Origin: Lingula anatina
Taxonomy: Eukaryota; Animalia; Brachiopoda
Reading direction: 5' to 3'
NCBI GenBank assembly: GCA_051362555.1
Contig: CM120645.1
Span: forward strand, 23,464,934 to 23,528,933
Length of the DNA stretch: 64,000 bases
Below are positions 1 to 22,420 of this stretch, one piece after another. How positions within the stretch are numbered: position 1 is the first letter of the stretch; each line of letters starts with the position of its first letter. Under the pieces are notes generated by a model. The model was given only the letters and a program-made list of their open reading frames with translations. It made no database searches and was not told the origin of the DNA. Position numbers and translations under genes: made by a program.

Positions 1-1169
1 CGCTGAAAAAAAAAAGAGATTTAAAAAGTTATTGCGTGTGCTTCAAGTAGAACTTATGATCCCATTATATAAGAAGGGGCACAAACCGACGGTACAGATT
101 TTGTAAAGTTAGTCAAAAATTGTCAACCAAAGAAAGTGAAGAGAGCGTTACTGTAAGATTTGTTTCACTCTCTTAGAGGATAAGCAAAAAATCAAATTTT
201 GTTTATTAGCACACGGGTTTGAAACGGTAAAGTAGTTGTGGGAGATATCGAACTTGTCATTTTAACAGACGGACAGGTGGGCAGGTAGGTAATGTGAAAG
301 TAAATATTCCTAATAAACTTACTTTTTAGGGTCACCACCAAAGGCTCCAATGTTGTCTTGTACCCACTTCAGTCCCTCAATCTGATCCCTCAGTCCCAGA
401 TTTCCAGTTGCATTATTAGTGCCATCTATACTCAGGAAACCAAATGGTCCCAGGCGATAATTTACTGATACAACGATGATGTCGCCTCTTGCAGCTTATC
501 ACAATGATAGAAAATATACACTGAATCTGTGAATTTGATTTCATATTTGAAATTCACTTTTCTTTCTTATTTATATTTTCTTTCCATTTTTCTCTTCGTT
601 TTCGTTCTTATCATTTAACTTAGAGAAATACAATAGCATGAAAAATATCATCTATTTCAAGTTAAATGTTTTCAGCTTACTTAATCTAAAATGCAATTTC
701 TTTGACAGTTGGCGACCATAATGAATTAACTTAATTGCACCACAATGATTCCAAACAGTAAATGAATATTTATTTACAAATTTACAACTTGCAAACATGG
801 GCAAAATCTCGAATCAGTGGAAAGACTACCCACGTCTAACATTTTGCAGGTTATGAAATTTTAAGCACGAACAAATAGGCGCCTCGGATCACCAGAACTG
901 CCCAAAGGACCTACCGAATTCGGTGAAATCATAGTGAAAACTTCCGCCAGTGAAGTAGCCTCCGCCATGAATCCAGACCATTACAGCTTTGACGCCAGGG
1001 GTATCAGGAACAAAAACGTTGAGTGTCAGGCAATCTTCAGATATCTGAAGTGAATTAATTACAGGTAATGCAGAAATAAACATTGTGATTTGATTTTGAT
1101 GTGATATAATTATGCTGTCCCATCAAAAATGAAGAATTTGTTAAGTCGAGCTTATGTTGTAACAGCTGC

Positions 1170-1202
<33 letters not shown>

Positions 1203-1719
1203 GGGGGGGGGGTAAGCACTGTAATATCACTTTTAAACAGACCAAACTCACCAGAAAATATATCAACACATATTTTATCACAACAATGACTACTACAATA
1301 AGTTCCATTGTATCTGTGGCGAAGCGTAGGTCTTTCTGCTTGTTCTGCTTTCGTGTCATGCTAATTTTCAAAAAAGAACTTTCGTTTTTCATTAATTTTA
1401 AAACATTAAATATAAAGTTACTAAACCTACTTTCTTCGGATTAGGAAATCCAAAAGGGTTGGGTCTCTGCATGCAAGCTGGACCATACGCCGTGGCGTCC
1501 TTCACCCCTGCAGCTGCTCGCAGGCTGGGGCTTTGCAAATCTAAGGTTCCCAACTGGTGGCTTGGCAAAGGGAATACCTAAAAATTCGTTCACAGTTTTC
1601 CCGTTCACTGTTTTGTTGAAACCTCGTATTGTACCGGTTGTAATGTTGACCTCTAACTGGCTGTCTACTACAGTTACTGACAAAATAAGCAAAGGCAGGT
1701 ATCGAATCCACAAAGCCAT
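1..1719 (-). pseudogene. Type-B carboxylesterase copy 1 (5' part; exon 4 onward lies off the left edge), with a 2-nt deletion in exon 1
   Basis: GT-AG exons at 1431-1719, 915-1044 and 323-494; the exon 4 acceptor is at about position 3. Motifs are a signal peptide, [33 protein letters not shown] and FGGDPK. Exon 1 is 289 bp versus 291 bp in copies 2 and 3, giving a frameshift near 1505-1513. This could be an assembly error. Confidence 0.75.
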
Positions 1720-1894
1720 CTCATTAGCGTTCCTGACGAAGTTTATGTCCTAAAATCCGAGAAGTAAAGACCAAAATATCTAGAAGAGCTGCAAAATTAT
1801 AATTTTCGCTCTCATAGATATTACACGGAAGTTGAGAGCAGTTAACTCATAAAATGTGAGTACTGCATGTATCTATAGACACTTAAGTCATAAT

Positions 1895-2420
1895 AATACC
1901 TCTGCAATAAAACCTTAATCATGGCATGCATTGTCCTCAGGAAAACGACGTATTGTTTCAACTTCGATAAAAGCACTGTTTTTCCTTTTCAAGAATTTAA
2001 AAAAGCATTTTTATGCCGTTATTACCTGCCTAATTTCTAATTTCAGATTGCATTTGAGTAATAAAACCTCTGTAATAAAACCTTAATCATAACATGCATT
2101 GTCATCAGGAAAACGTCGTATTGTTTCAACTTTGATAAAAGCACTGTTTTTCCTTTTCAAGGGTTTTTAAAAGCATTGTTATGCCGTTATTACCTGCGTA
2201 ATTTCTAATTTCAGATAGCACTGTGGTCATAAAACCTCTGTAATAAAACCTTAATCATAACATTCATTGTCATCAGGAAAACGTCGCATTGTTTCAACTT
2301 TGATAAACTGACTATTTTTCCTGTTCAAGAGTTTTTTAAAGCATTGTTATGCCGTTATTACGGGCGTAATTTCTAATTTCAGATAGCACTGTGGTCATAA
2401 AACCTCTGTAATAAAACCTT
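1895..2420. repeat. About 3 tandem copies of a ~175-bp unit upstream of carboxylesterase copy 1
   Basis: 'aaaacctctgtaataaaaccttaatcat...aatttctaatttcagat' recurs at about 1897, 2064, 2232 and 2401 (partial). The homologous region upstream of copy 3 (~12165-12320) has a single unit. Confidence 0.85.
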
Positions 2421-3625
2421 CAAGTGTGTGTCAGTGGGTTAGATTAATGTATAGGGGAAGGTTTTATGTAAAACTTCAATCAGATTTGTGTCTTCGGAGA
2501 TATGTTTATGATTATATTAATCATTTTGGGTAACCTTCAATTAAAGAAAACGACCAGTTTGCTTCTTCAGTTCATTGTAAGAAAGGAATCATCCTCCATT
2601 TTAGTGCAATAATTTCTTCATACATATCATATTGGGAGAGTGGATACTTAAAATCATTCAAGTAGATAACTACAAGTAGCTGACCGAAAGGCACTTGAAA
2701 GTGTCCAATCCAAGAACAGAATATAAAAAAATGACGTGAACATGTTGAATACCATCTACTTCTGGAGCCCATAAATGAAATGGACGAGATACCAGTAGAC
2801 TGTTGGATGGGTGAAAGCTCTTTACCAATAACTTGCTGTTTTGTTCAGGGTGAAGAATATAGAATTTTGTCGTGTATTCATCTATTTAATTTACACTTTT
2901 CTATAAACAAGATAACTTTGCCAACTTTGATAAGCATCACACATAGAATGAACGACGATTTTTAGGAAACGAACCGTCAAGTTGAATGCAACGGTTGAGC
3001 ATCTCAGGGTGTGAGGGTTGTGACGAGGCTCAATGACACAATGACAGCAAGTGCCCAGCATTGCCACAGCCCTTTAGTTTAATGAATTTCATCTATGTGC
3101 ACCGAGCACACGCCTTTTTTCACACAAAATTTATCTCAATATTTATTTCAACAAGCTTCAGTTCATAAAATGTTCACATGACGAACAAATCTTAAGTTTT
3201 TAAAGGTTTATTAAACATTTTTTCATGATTGAATCTACATTGCTGGAGATAAAGAGACAAGATTTGTCAGAAGCACAACGAATGCATGAATTCCATAGGC
3301 AGAATTACAGCAAAATGTCCTTATTATTAATCAACTTGTCTTTATCGTTCCAATAAAGGTGAGTTTTTACAAATATGGTAGTTAATTAATGTTTTTAGTA
3401 AAATATTAGTTTATTAATCTGTTATACAATCAGAAAAATAACTAATTGATACTTGAGTGCCTTTTGTATATTTATGATGCTGATAATTATTATATACATG
3501 TATCAGTTCATTCGACACAACACATTCAGTAACATCTTTACTGTAAATACTAAAATAGTGTTAAATTTAGTCAATCTGGGTTCCACTACAGCAATAACGC
3601 AGATAAACGTCCAGTGAACCTTTTT

Positions 3626-6746
<3,121 letters not shown>

Positions 6747-8841
6747 TTTACGAGATTTGATCAAGAACTAAAAAAAGTTTGTGGCTCAGTGTTTGCTTCA
6801 GTGTTTGTGTTATGGCTATATCTTATCATGCTACCTGAATCAGGTCAGAGTAACGTGTCTGCTACACTATGAGGGTAGACTGTGCGACCTACACATGTCA
6901 ACGAATGCCTATCTCTACCATAGCAATTCCATAAGCTTTGTTTGTTGACAACTTAGAAACTTTAAATGCAAAACAGTTATACCATGTACGTTAAGTGCTC
7001 TCTTATGATAACGCATATGATCTTTTGAGGACAAAGAACTCCTTTAACAAGATAGCTGTCTTATGTTGTATTTGTGGAATTTAGAACACAATGCTGCCCT
7101 TGCCTGATACTTTTTATGTAAAAAATTGTTTGTTGTTTTTTGTTCATGGCGCAGAAGTTGAGAAAGCTACATAAGTGAAAATACTGTGGAGATAAAATTT
7201 AGTGATATAAGCGGCATGTCCAATATTACATGTACATTCATATTAATTAATGCTCCCAACTCAATAAAATTAAAAAATAATTATCTCGGCAAATAGGCTG
7301 ACATTAAAATTAAACTACAGTGGTGGGTATTGCTCAAACAACGAAACCACTTGCCCTTAATGTGGAAATGTTGCTAGAAAATGATTGACCATGTATGTTG
7401 TATCTTTAAAAAATTAAAATTTAAGTACCCAATATTCAGAAAGTTGGGAATTAATCTTCGTAAGCATACTTTCAAACATGGGGCAATAATTAGCGAATTC
7501 AACAACAGCAGTTCAATGATGGAGATTAAAATATTAATAGAAATAAAAAGGGCTAAATTAAATCTTATACGTTAAATTGATAAAAGTTCTTTGCATAATA
7601 AATTTTGTAAATAGGCCAACAATTCCCATATAAATGTACAACCTTGAAAATAAAACCTTTGATCGTGGCTAATTTCAGTCAAATTATGATATAAAATGTG
7701 AATACATGCAATCTCCAACTCAGAATAATAATTGTGATGTCATTTGATAATATACTTACTGACTTCGGTCACTATATCACATTATTTGTGCACAAGCAAC
7801 ATGTCGATAGGGTTTCCTGTACTTTTTGTTTGTTTTATGATCATCTGTTAAATACAAAATGGTCGGCAAAACCCAGAAATAATGATTTTTTTTACATTAA
7901 ATGTCTCTAAACATTAGTAATAATCATGCTTCAATATCAGTTTTGAACTAAATGCATATGCCAGTTTTTTTTAGTTTTAAGCCATTTATTGCAGTAAATT
8001 AGCTTTGCCGGTGCTGGTTAGCTCCATACAGAGACAAAATAACGATTCTAAAATCGGTGGACCAGTTAATGCACCAGGATGCGACAATTGTGACTATACT
8101 CAACTAACACAATGGCTGCAAGTGGACAACTTTGTATGCAGGTACATGTATGAGTTCATCTGCGTTCACAAGGCACATGGTTTGTTTTTCTACAACTTGA
8201 ATTAAGTATGAATTTCAACAAGCCACACTCCATACTTTATTTATGAGTTTTTAGAGTCTCACTAAAACAAGTATTTTATTGCATGACAAATCACGTACAA
8301 AATTATGAGATAGCGAAATTATAGCTTCGTGATAACAAGACGAGGACATTAAACCATCCCCAGAAGAAAATTTCAAAATAATATACATGAATTAATTACA
8401 AATTAACAATTATAAAAAACAGTGTACAAGTGATATCTTAATTACCAGGCGAAACAAGTTAGTTGGCGAATTAAAGTAACTGCTCCCAGGAACCGACCAA
8501 TTAGTTTAATAATTAGATAATTGTTCTGTTACACAACAGATTATGATTATGAAATAATAATTATAACAATCATACACTTTATTTTAAGAGGGTAACGCGT
8601 GTTAGTGTACATTTATCTTCCAGATGACCCGTGTGTCCTTCGTGGCCCTCGTACATTCATTGTGCTCAGAGTTGATTGAAATGTTGTATAAACTACGTAT
8701 GCACGTTTCAAACACACCGCTTTCACTCTGTTCACACTCTGAATACTAAAATAGTCTGAATACTAAAATAGTCTGAATACTGAAATAGTCTTTAGTGTAC
8801 CAAGAAGTGCACGTTAAGTGAACTTTTTTCTAAATGTTACT

Positions 8842-11800
8842 TTAAGGACGTGCCACCAAGGCCCACATCATACCCGCCACTATGACGTAGAATGGGGGAC
8901 GAATGCCGCCAGCTGCAGAGACGGTAGAAGCCTGGATCCCCGGAATGGTGGTCACCCACAGCTTCCATCGACTGGGTATGACGTCAGAGGCAGACTTGGT
9001 GACGTCACCTAACTCGATGTACTCTTTCCCGGTTGCTGTGTATTGCGGCCAGTTTGTAGTCGGCGGGTCTGGTTTGTTAGGATCCCTTTATGAAATGAAT
9101 AAAAACTATTCTGTATTAGTGCGTGGCATCAACATACAGTGAAGGTTAGACCTGTATGTAGAAAAATAAATTTCCTGAAAATTCCAAGAGTTTTCCTTTA
9201 CCACCCAGGTTTATTGTACGATATTGAGAATGTTACTAGTAGTTTCTTAATCTCGTTTTCGGGTTCTTTGTTTCGTAATCGAGATATGAATTGGCGAACT
9301 AGTATAACGGCTTTTGCAAACACTTCTTGGTAACTAAGAGATTTCCACAGCTGTATGTTATTCCCTACCGTCAGGGAAAAATAAATTCAACTATACTTTA
9401 GGGGAATATTGTGACAACAGAATTATCAGATCTATACTCACCCTGTTTTAGCAAAGTTCGCCCAATACTTCATCATTTCGTAAGAAATCCTCTTGTCTCC
9501 GTCATCGAACTCGACGCCGTCATCAAACATAGTTGGATGATCTGGACCGAGGAGGTACGAAAGGTCGTCTGCGTGGTTTGACCGATAGAACCAAGGAGGG
9601 GTTTTCAAAACATAGCCATATGAAGGTACCTTTGTGAGGTAGTACAGATATGTAGAGCCATTACCCGATGACGCGTGTTTAGTTGTCAGAATTGCCACCG
9701 GTCCTGCTAACGCCCAGTCTGTCACGATGTCAACGTAGCGGTTAGCAGTGTCATATCGATTGGCCGCGCTGTTGTAGTATTCCTTCATCAGAACGTTCTC
9801 AATCTCGGCTTCGTGGCCAGGTGCGACTTGCTTAGCCACATCAGGGATGAATTTGTCTCTTAACTCTGCAGGGGTGATCCCGTTATCGATGTCATGGGTC
9901 AATATCGCCCCATCTCCATCAGTGAAACCTCCCAGACAGTCCAGAGAACGAAAGTGCCGGATCACCTCCGAATCAGTGTTTTTAAACATGTCTGATACGG
10001 ATTCTGAGAACATGTCGCGATCGACTTCGGCGCTATAGTGAAGGGCCCCAGAGACACCTATGGTAGCAACGATACTCGCGTCTAGGAATCGGTCAGCTGT
10101 TGTTTTTCGTAGACAGTCGAGGAGTTTTGATCTCTCGGTTGGCCCAGCGTGGCAGCCTAGAATATCGCCAATCCTTACAGAAAGTGTTTCAGCTTTTTCC
10201 GTCGTCCACGCCCAATATGCCCAGGGTGCTCCGCTCTGAGGAATGAAACGGTGAAACAGGCCCTTAGCTTTTGTGGTAAGAGCAAGCTGAGAGACACTGC
10301 TACCCCCGGCAGATTCTCCGAATATAGTAACTCTGGGAAAAAAGATTCAGATTAAAAATTTAATGCGTGTGCTTCAAGTAGAATTTATGATCCCGTTATA
10401 TAAGAAGGGCATGGAGGGGGGTGCGCAGATTTTGTAAAGTTAGTCACAAATTGTCAACCAAAGAAAGTGTAAGATTTGTTTCATTCTCTGAGAGGAATTA
10501 GCAAAAAATCAAATTTCGTTTAAGACATGGTTTTGAAACCGGCGAAGACCCTGAGGGAGATACCGAACGAGGCATTTCAACAGACGGACAGTTGAGCAGG
10601 TACTTATTGTGAAAGCATAACATTCCTGATAAACTTACTTTTTAGGGTCACCACCAAAGGCTCCAATGTTGTTTTGTACCCACTTCAGGCCCTCAATCTG
10701 ATCCCACAGTCCCAGATTTCCAGGTGCATTAGCGCCATCTATACTCAGGAAACCAAATGGTCCCAGGCGATAATTCACTGATACAACGATGACGTCGCCT
10801 CTTGCAGCTTTTGAAAATATAGAATATGTACATTATATCTGTGAATTTGATTTCATTTTTTATATTCACTTTATTATATTTTCTTTCCATTTCTTCTTTC
10901 CGTTTTTTTATTTATCATTTACCTTTGTGTGACCAAAATAGTTTTTTTAAGCAAATAATACTGTACACTGACACAATGTATAATATTAGGGCTTCAAAAC
11001 ACATGCATGGGTGTATATTTTTCAGGGCATTGGCGGCCATTTAAGATATTTAAAATTGCTCAAAATGTCAAACTGGCAACAAAGCTAAATTTGCTCTGGG
11101 ATTCCACGAGATCTCGAATCAATGAAAAAAGTTCATACGTTTAAAATTTGCAGGTTTCAAAATTTTAGGCACGGACAAATGGGAGCCTTGGATCACCAAA
11201 ACTGCCCAAAGTACCTACCAAACTCTGTGAAATCATAATGAAAACTTCCGCCAGTGAAGTAGCCGCCGCCATGAATCCAGACCATTACAGCTTTGGCGCC
11301 AGGGGTATCGGGAACAAACACGTTGAGTGTCAGGCAGTCTTCAGATATCTGCAGTTAAAAATTAATTATAGGTCATGCAGAAATAAACATTATGATTTTG
11401 ATGTGATATAATAATGTTGTCTCATCAAAAAGCTTAGTGGTGTAACAGCAGGTTTTTGAGGACTAAGTACTGTAATATCGCCTTTCAGCAGACACTATCA
11501 ACATTGTTTTTAACGCATATTTTATCACAAAAATGAATACTACATTAAGTTCTACTGTACTGTGACGAAGTGTACGTTTCTCTGCTAATGCTGCTTTAGT
11601 AGTCATGCTAATTTTCATAAAAACACTGTTTGTGATGAAAATTAACCATGCATCTTATTATTTCCTATTATCTTATTAAAGCATTTAATATAAAGTTAGT
11701 AAACCTACGTTCTTCGGATTAGGAAATCCATATGGATTGGGTCTCTGCATGCAAGCTGGGCCGTACGCCGTGGCGTTCAACATGTCCGGCCACCTGCTCG

Positions 11801-11999
11801 CAGGCTGGGGCTTTGCAAATCTAAGGTTCCCAACTGGAGGCTCGGCAAAGGGTATTCCCAAAAATTTGTTCACAGTTATTCCGTTCACTGTTTTGTTGAA
11901 ACCTCGTATTGTTCCGGTTCTGATGGTGACCTCTAACTGGCTGTTTACTAAAGTTACTAACAAAATAAGCAAAGGCAGGTATCGAATGCACCAAGCCAT
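8842..11999 (-). CDS. Type-B carboxylesterase/cholinesterase-like protein copy 3, intact
   Basis: Exons 11709-11999, 11219-11348, 10639-10807, 9442-10332 and 8842-9085. The first four have the same sizes as in copy 2 (291/130/169/891). Motifs are [13 protein letters not shown] and NHADDL. The C-terminus is ...[21 protein letters not shown]. Confidence 0.92.
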
Positions 12000-13846
12000 T
12001 TTATGAAAGTTCCTGATGAAGTTGTCGCCCAAAAATCTGAGAAGTAAAGACCAAAATATCTAGATGAGCTGCAAATTTATAACTTTCGCTCTAATTGATA
12101 TTGCACGGAAGTTGAGAGCAATTTACTTATAAAATACGAGTACTATCTTTAAGCACTTTAGTCATAAAATATCTGTAATTAAACCTTAATCATAACATGC
12201 ATTGTCTTCAGGAAAACTCGTATTGTTTCAAAATCCATAAAAGAACTATTTTCCTGTTAAGAGATTTCAAAAGCATTGTTAAGCCATTATTACCGGCGTA
12301 ATTTCTAATTTCAGATAATGAATTTAATAAATGTACTGTTTTAATAAAATAAGATACTTACAATTAGATTTCTCCATTGTGTGCTAAGATTATGTAGTGG
12401 TCATTGAGATACCATATGTATTGTATTATTCATGAGTAACGATCGACTGGGCGTGGAATTATAATAATGTGACATTTTTATTGAATAATTAAAAATGAAG
12501 AACATTTCTTGCACTTCATATCCCCTATCACAGCACTCCTTCCTCCGGCAAATCGTTATCAGGTACTTGTCTTGTTATAGCCACCCCCAACCCGCCCCAC
12601 TCGCCCCCACCCCCCTGATGGGCCCCGGAAATTTTTGGTATTTTGGAGGGCGAACTGTACCATTTGGTACCGTTTAGTACTATCAATCAGCTTGTCAAAA
12701 TTCTAATTTCAAGAGGGAATATAATAAGGGTGATTTTGCTTTTCAGAAACCGAAGGGGGGAGGGTAAGGACCCCCGTCTCTAAATCTGCCACTTACCAGG
12801 TCTTGAACAGAGTAAACCTTCTCGTCAGTGAGTCCGATATTTTATCCCAACACTTACAGGGTTAAAGCAGTTGGATTATACGTATTTTGTACTCTTAATT
12901 ACATTTTAAAAATCAACTGTAGGGAATACATGTAGTTGCAAGATACATGTTAAGTGTACTGAGAATAAATGCAAAACTATTGTTATATATGTGAATAAGT
13001 ATTCCATTTACATATTCAAATTGTAGGCCTATTTGTACTGGTCACTTATAATAAATGACTGCTTGTGTGGGGCTGTCTACCTTTGGGGAATCAGTCATAT
13101 TTCACAGTCTTATTTTCCTACTTTCCAAATTTCACTCTGTATTTTACAGCACTAAAGTGTTTTACCGAATCAGCTTTCTCTGTCTCCTTGGTATTTCGCT
13201 TAGAATTGGTTTTGCACTGTGCACACTCATATCAAAAGCGCCTTACCCAGGTATTTATAATAAATATGTATTTATATAAGTGCCAGCATGTCTCTTTCTT
13301 CTCCCTTTCACCTGTGGTATTCAAGTAAACATTGACCAGGGAAATGATAAATTATCTACGCGATAGAAGCTCTACTGTACATGCAACAACTAAGGTCAAG
13401 GCAAAGGACCGGGTAGTTCTTATCATGCCTCTGCTTGGACTTGATAAATTTTATCATTACCATGGAAAACCTAAGCTCTAACACACGTATGTCCAGTTGT
13501 AGGGCAAAAATGGAAGGAAACTCTTTTCCCGGTTAGGTACGTAGCATCAGTGTATTGCAATGAACGTCACACAGAATAATTTGAGTTTTGATTGTACACT
13601 TAACATAAAAACATAAACAGTTCATACCCTTCATTTCATGCTACTTTACTGCATTTTCCTTTTTTATTGAGTAGGCCCCGAGCCCCACGCCAAGAAGGAG
13701 ATGGTCGGCTTGGCATCCGAGGCCAGTCGTTCCGGACCTCCCTTCAAATAATCCTGGATCCGCTCCTGTATAACCATTCATCAGTCAACATGTCAACGGC
13801 ACACACTCTCCAAGGTACTCATGTCTAGAGGTACTCGTGTCACCAA

Positions 13847-14085
13847 CACACACTGGACAATAGAAGTGTCACCCCTACTGAACCAATTCTTTGGGGGAGA
13901 TAAATGACTGCGGAATGATATGCTCCTGATATCATTTTATTAAAGTCAAATTTTACAAAAGAAACGGTTCTGACTGAACAATTCAACTGTATCGATATTC
14001 TGATATAGCTTATATTCCGCCTCTTCAGGTTAATAATTTTGATTACTCTGATTCATGGGGTGACACTTCTATTGTCCAGTGTGTG
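13847..14085. mobile_element. Non-autonomous Tc1/mariner-derived MITE
   Basis: Terminal inverted repeats CACACACTGGACAATAGAAGTGTCACCCC / GGGGTGACACTTCTATTGTCCAGTGTGTG. The same ends occur on the transposase-bearing remnant at 33953-34745. Confidence 0.85.
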
Positions 14086-14102
14086 AAGGAAATCATGTCT
14101 CT

Positions 14103-14385
14103 AAGGTACTCATGTCACCCATCTGATACTTAGCATGTTCTTGCCTTATCTCCTCCATAGCATTTCATTATCATCTTTTAAGAATGAAAATTAAAATTTT
14201 GTTAGTCAACACAATTATACATATGTATCAATTAAGGGAACTCATGTCACCAAGGTACTCATGGCACCCATCTGATGCTTTGCATGTTCTTGCCTTATCT
14301 CTTCCATTGCATTCTATTCTCATTATTTAAGAATGTAAATTAAATTTTTGTTAGTCAACATACTTGTAAATATGAGTCAATTAAG
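14103..14385. repeat. Two-copy ~150-bp tandem duplication
   Basis: 'aaggtactcatg.cacccatctgat.ctt.gcatgttcttgccttatctc...ttttgttagtcaaca...caattaag' occurs at ~14103 and ~14252. Confidence 0.75.
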
Positions 14386-14550
14386 CGCACCGCCTGGTAA
14401 TTATCTGCTATTTTCAAGATACAACAGTTTACAAGAATAAAGTATTTTTTTTCTTCAACAGCTAAATATTGAAATAATCAACCTCCAATATTTAATATTA
14501 AAATTTAGCTGTTGACTGAAGAAAAGTTACTTTATTATCTTAATATAACT

Positions 14551-14720
14551 GTGGAATGATATGCTCCTGGTATCATTTTATTAAATTTCACAAAAAGACC
14601 AACAATATAATTCCATGGCACAGCGGTTTTATACTCATAATTCACAATATAAGTAGACCAGGCATTATAACTTTGATTACTCTGATTCAGGTGTTGACAC
14701 TTCTATTGTCCAGTATGTGT
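14551..14720. mobile_element. Truncated fragment of the same Tc1/mariner family
   Basis: Shares 'ggaatgatatgctcctg' and the terminal 'gacacttctattgtccagt.tgtg' with the elements at 13847 and 33953. Confidence 0.7.
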
Positions 14721-15367
14721 GCATTGAAAATCTACTTATGTTAACGGATGTTAAGTAAACAACTGTACACGCAGAAACAATAGGTCAGGCATTTATACAG
14801 GAAGATAAATGGGATTATTTTAAATTACTAGGTATTTCATTTAATTATTTTATTTCATTTTGCAGTGACGCAAGTCTAGTAGCTATCTTGGGTAACTATT
14901 TCACCTATGATAAAATGTGTGTAATAATAATAGAGACAACATGGCTATTTGATGACTGACAGTTCATCTTAGACAACTAATTCGGCTACAGTCAGGCTGA
15001 GTACATGACTTAAGCAGCATGAAAACGATGACAACTTACACTGCATGTTAGCATTATTATTATTATTATTAGTAGTAGTAGTAGTAGTAGTAGTAGAAGT
15101 GGTAGTAGTATTCGTCTACTCTTATGATAGAATACAGGGGATGGGTAACTGAAACAACACCAAAAATGACGACTGACTTCTTATGTTATGAATATATAAA
15201 TGCCATGACCACATACGCAGCTGTCACGTAACTAGGTGAAACAAGGCACGTCGCTGGAATTTCAGTATTTAAAAGCGATTTTGTTGTGCAAAAGGGCTCT
15301 TCAAACTGTCATATCAGTGAAAATAGATAAATCCAAGCGGTGTTAGCACAGTTGGTTTACATGTAGC

Positions 15368-19574
<4,207 letters not shown>

Positions 19575-20440
19575 GTTTGAATATAGTTGGTTAAAACATT
19601 GGGAGGTCTCCTTTCGGACTTAACGTTTGTTGAATTTCATATATTTTTAACACTTCAAAACAAATTTATATCTTTTTTTTTGACACTAGTGTTTATCGAT
19701 ATTGTTGTCTACGTTGAAAACTACATTGATATTCCGACTCTTTGCAAAGTGTTTTAAATGCATGTGTCATGAATGGGATTTTGAAGGGGACTTTTTCAGC
19801 TCCTTCGTGGTATTTTCGGGTAAAGGCAGGCAGTTAAGCTGTGTAAAGCAACAGGTGCTGCAGTCCATATGTCTGCATCCTTTTCTCAGGACGGCTCACA
19901 TAATGCCTAACGCTACCTCATATAATTTCAGTCTGTATAAAATCATTTGCTTTGTTAGTACCAGTAAAAAGCAAAAAATACTGATTTTTTTTAATTTGAA
20001 GATTTCACTGATGTTCAACAGGAGCAATTTTAGCCCTATTTATGTTTAAAATCACATAAAAAACTTTTCCAAATTAAGGTAAGACCGACACATTTTGTTT
20101 AATTCACTATGATACTTATCAGTCAAATCTTTACAGAAATATTGAGATAGGACCCATTTCCAATAAAACCTTTCTTCTCCTGGTATTTGAATAAAAAAAC
20201 AGAAAAGCCGGTGATTATACGAGTAAGTTGAAAACAAAGGGAGACGTGTTTTAAAATCTGTATATCTAATTGCATTCGGCGAAAGTCTCCACGGAGTTAG
20301 ATCGACCTAACTAGAACGATAGTTTCACTGGGAATGAACCCTCAGCATGTGCGCCATTTTCCATTGCCACGAGATGAAGGTCACAGCTTCATGTGCTCAG
20401 TAAGGTCGAGACTTTAAAACGCTGAGGTCCCGATTCAACC

Positions 20441-21795
20441 ATGGCTCCCGTGTTGGGATATTGGGACATGAGGGGGGTAGGTATTTACTTTAAATCAAAT
20501 CTTTTGGTTAATTTTAAAGATTTACTTATTATGAATTCTGTGAACGAGCGCAGAGATTACTTTTTAAGGGAGAGATTTAATGGGGGGAGATGATATCGAC
20601 GTATGGTATCGTATGGTAACTGAGGAGATTCTTGCCACGGTACGGGCAGCTACATTTACTTTCAGCAGGCATCTGAGGAGGCAGCTTTACTGAGGTTTAC
20701 TGATAATAAAAGACTCTGAAATCTAGGGCGTACACAAAATGTTTTTTATAACTAGTTCACGCAGTATGACCTCGATTGCGTTTTAAATAAAATTAACTAC
20801 AAGTCTGACCTAGCTGAGGTAACTGACATACACAGACATATAGATTACGTGTATATAGTTCGGTTATGCGGGCGATTTATCTCTTCTCAATTTTTGTATT
20901 GCCCCAAACTAATCCCAGTCATACATGTAGAGCACGACACGTCTATGAATGTTTAAATATCCTTTTTGTTAGTAAATGGCCAATTTGGAACTAACATTTT
21001 TTAAATTCTGACGCCAGCCTCGCATTTAGGTTCACCAAGTGAAAATGCATACCTACGTGTATGTACGTTGAGCAAAATCTGCGACGTACCTATATTATTT
21101 TTCGCCAATGTATATGGGGTCCTTTAAGCAGTGTATATAAAAAATGCGCAACGCAACACATCAACTGTAAGACTTGTGACCTTAACTACTCAGGCTGGCA
21201 ACGGAGTATCAAAATATCAAGTTAGCATTTGGTTTACTAGTTACATGTAAAATAGCACTAGTTAAGATATGAGAAAATAAAATAAATCGCCTCGTAATGC
21301 AGGCTGGTCAATTCCAATGCTACAGTTTCCAGCACATGTTGGTAACCACATGTTGGTAATCACATGTTGGTAACCACATGTTGGTAACCACATGTTGGTA
21401 ATCACATGTTTCCAAAACAAATGCTTTGTAGCTGCGTGTAACAGAGAACACGCCCTCAGTTTGATTCACACAGGTTAGGGTTAGCGTGACGTAAGTGGGT
21501 CACAATCTAGGACTGGGTTAACCTGCACGTAACAATGGGAACTAAAACCTGTATTACTAGGGACTCTCGTTCGTGACACCGGCAATAAATGGACATTCCC
21601 TCTTATCTCTTCAGCTTGCCCACCCCATCCGAATGTTGCTCCATTATGTAGGAGAAGAGTTCGAAGACAGGCGTCATACGCCAGGACCAGGTACCTCTCT
21701 GTTTACATCTCTCTCTCTCTCTCTTCTCTCTCTCTCATTCTCTCACTCTCTCTCATGTATGAGAGCACGCACACACACAGACACACACACACTAT

Positions 21796-21847
<52 letters not shown>

Positions 21848-22389
21848 TAATGAACTCTTCATACCTGTCACCTGATTACTAATATTAAAACCACTAAAAC
21901 TTTTTCTACACGTAATTATCAGAATTATATTCAATTTTGTATTGACCAATGTTTGTTATTTTCTTTCACTTTAGCCCCGGACTTCAGTTTGGACCCGTGG
22001 CTTAAAATAAAGTTTACCCTTGGAGTGCCGTTTCCAAATGTAAGGATGTGTATGATCAGCTTTATCATGGTTTAATAGGCCTTTCAATGAGTGAACAAAC
22101 TTTCAAAAGAACTTGTGTATATATCTTACTAAACATCACATTTTCAAAAAAAAAAAATAAATAAATAATAATAATAATAATAATAATGATAATACTAAAA
22201 AATTAAAAATAAAAAAAATCAGGTAAAACTTTAGGAAAACATTAGCGGTCAGATTTTACGAAAATGATATCCCTACATGTATAGCTCCTGGTACTTTTTT
22301 TCGTAATGCGCTTTAAATATTTTAATAAATTAAAAATATATAAAATTAACAATGGAAAAATAATATTTTGGTTGATTTGTTTCAGCCTG

Positions 22390-22420
<31 letters not shown>

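Noticed and set aside
1141-1392. ORF with a hydrophobic stretch and poly-Pro/poly-Lys
   Set aside because: It arises from an intronic T-run and G-run of low complexity, which may be a sequencing artefact.
21333-21410. Short regularly spaced repeats considered as a CRISPR-like array
   Set aside because: These are head-to-tail units without unique spacers in a eukaryotic intron, so an ordinary minisatellite.
21473-21484. Telomere-like GGTTAGGGTTAG
   Set aside because: Only two units, which is not meaningful.
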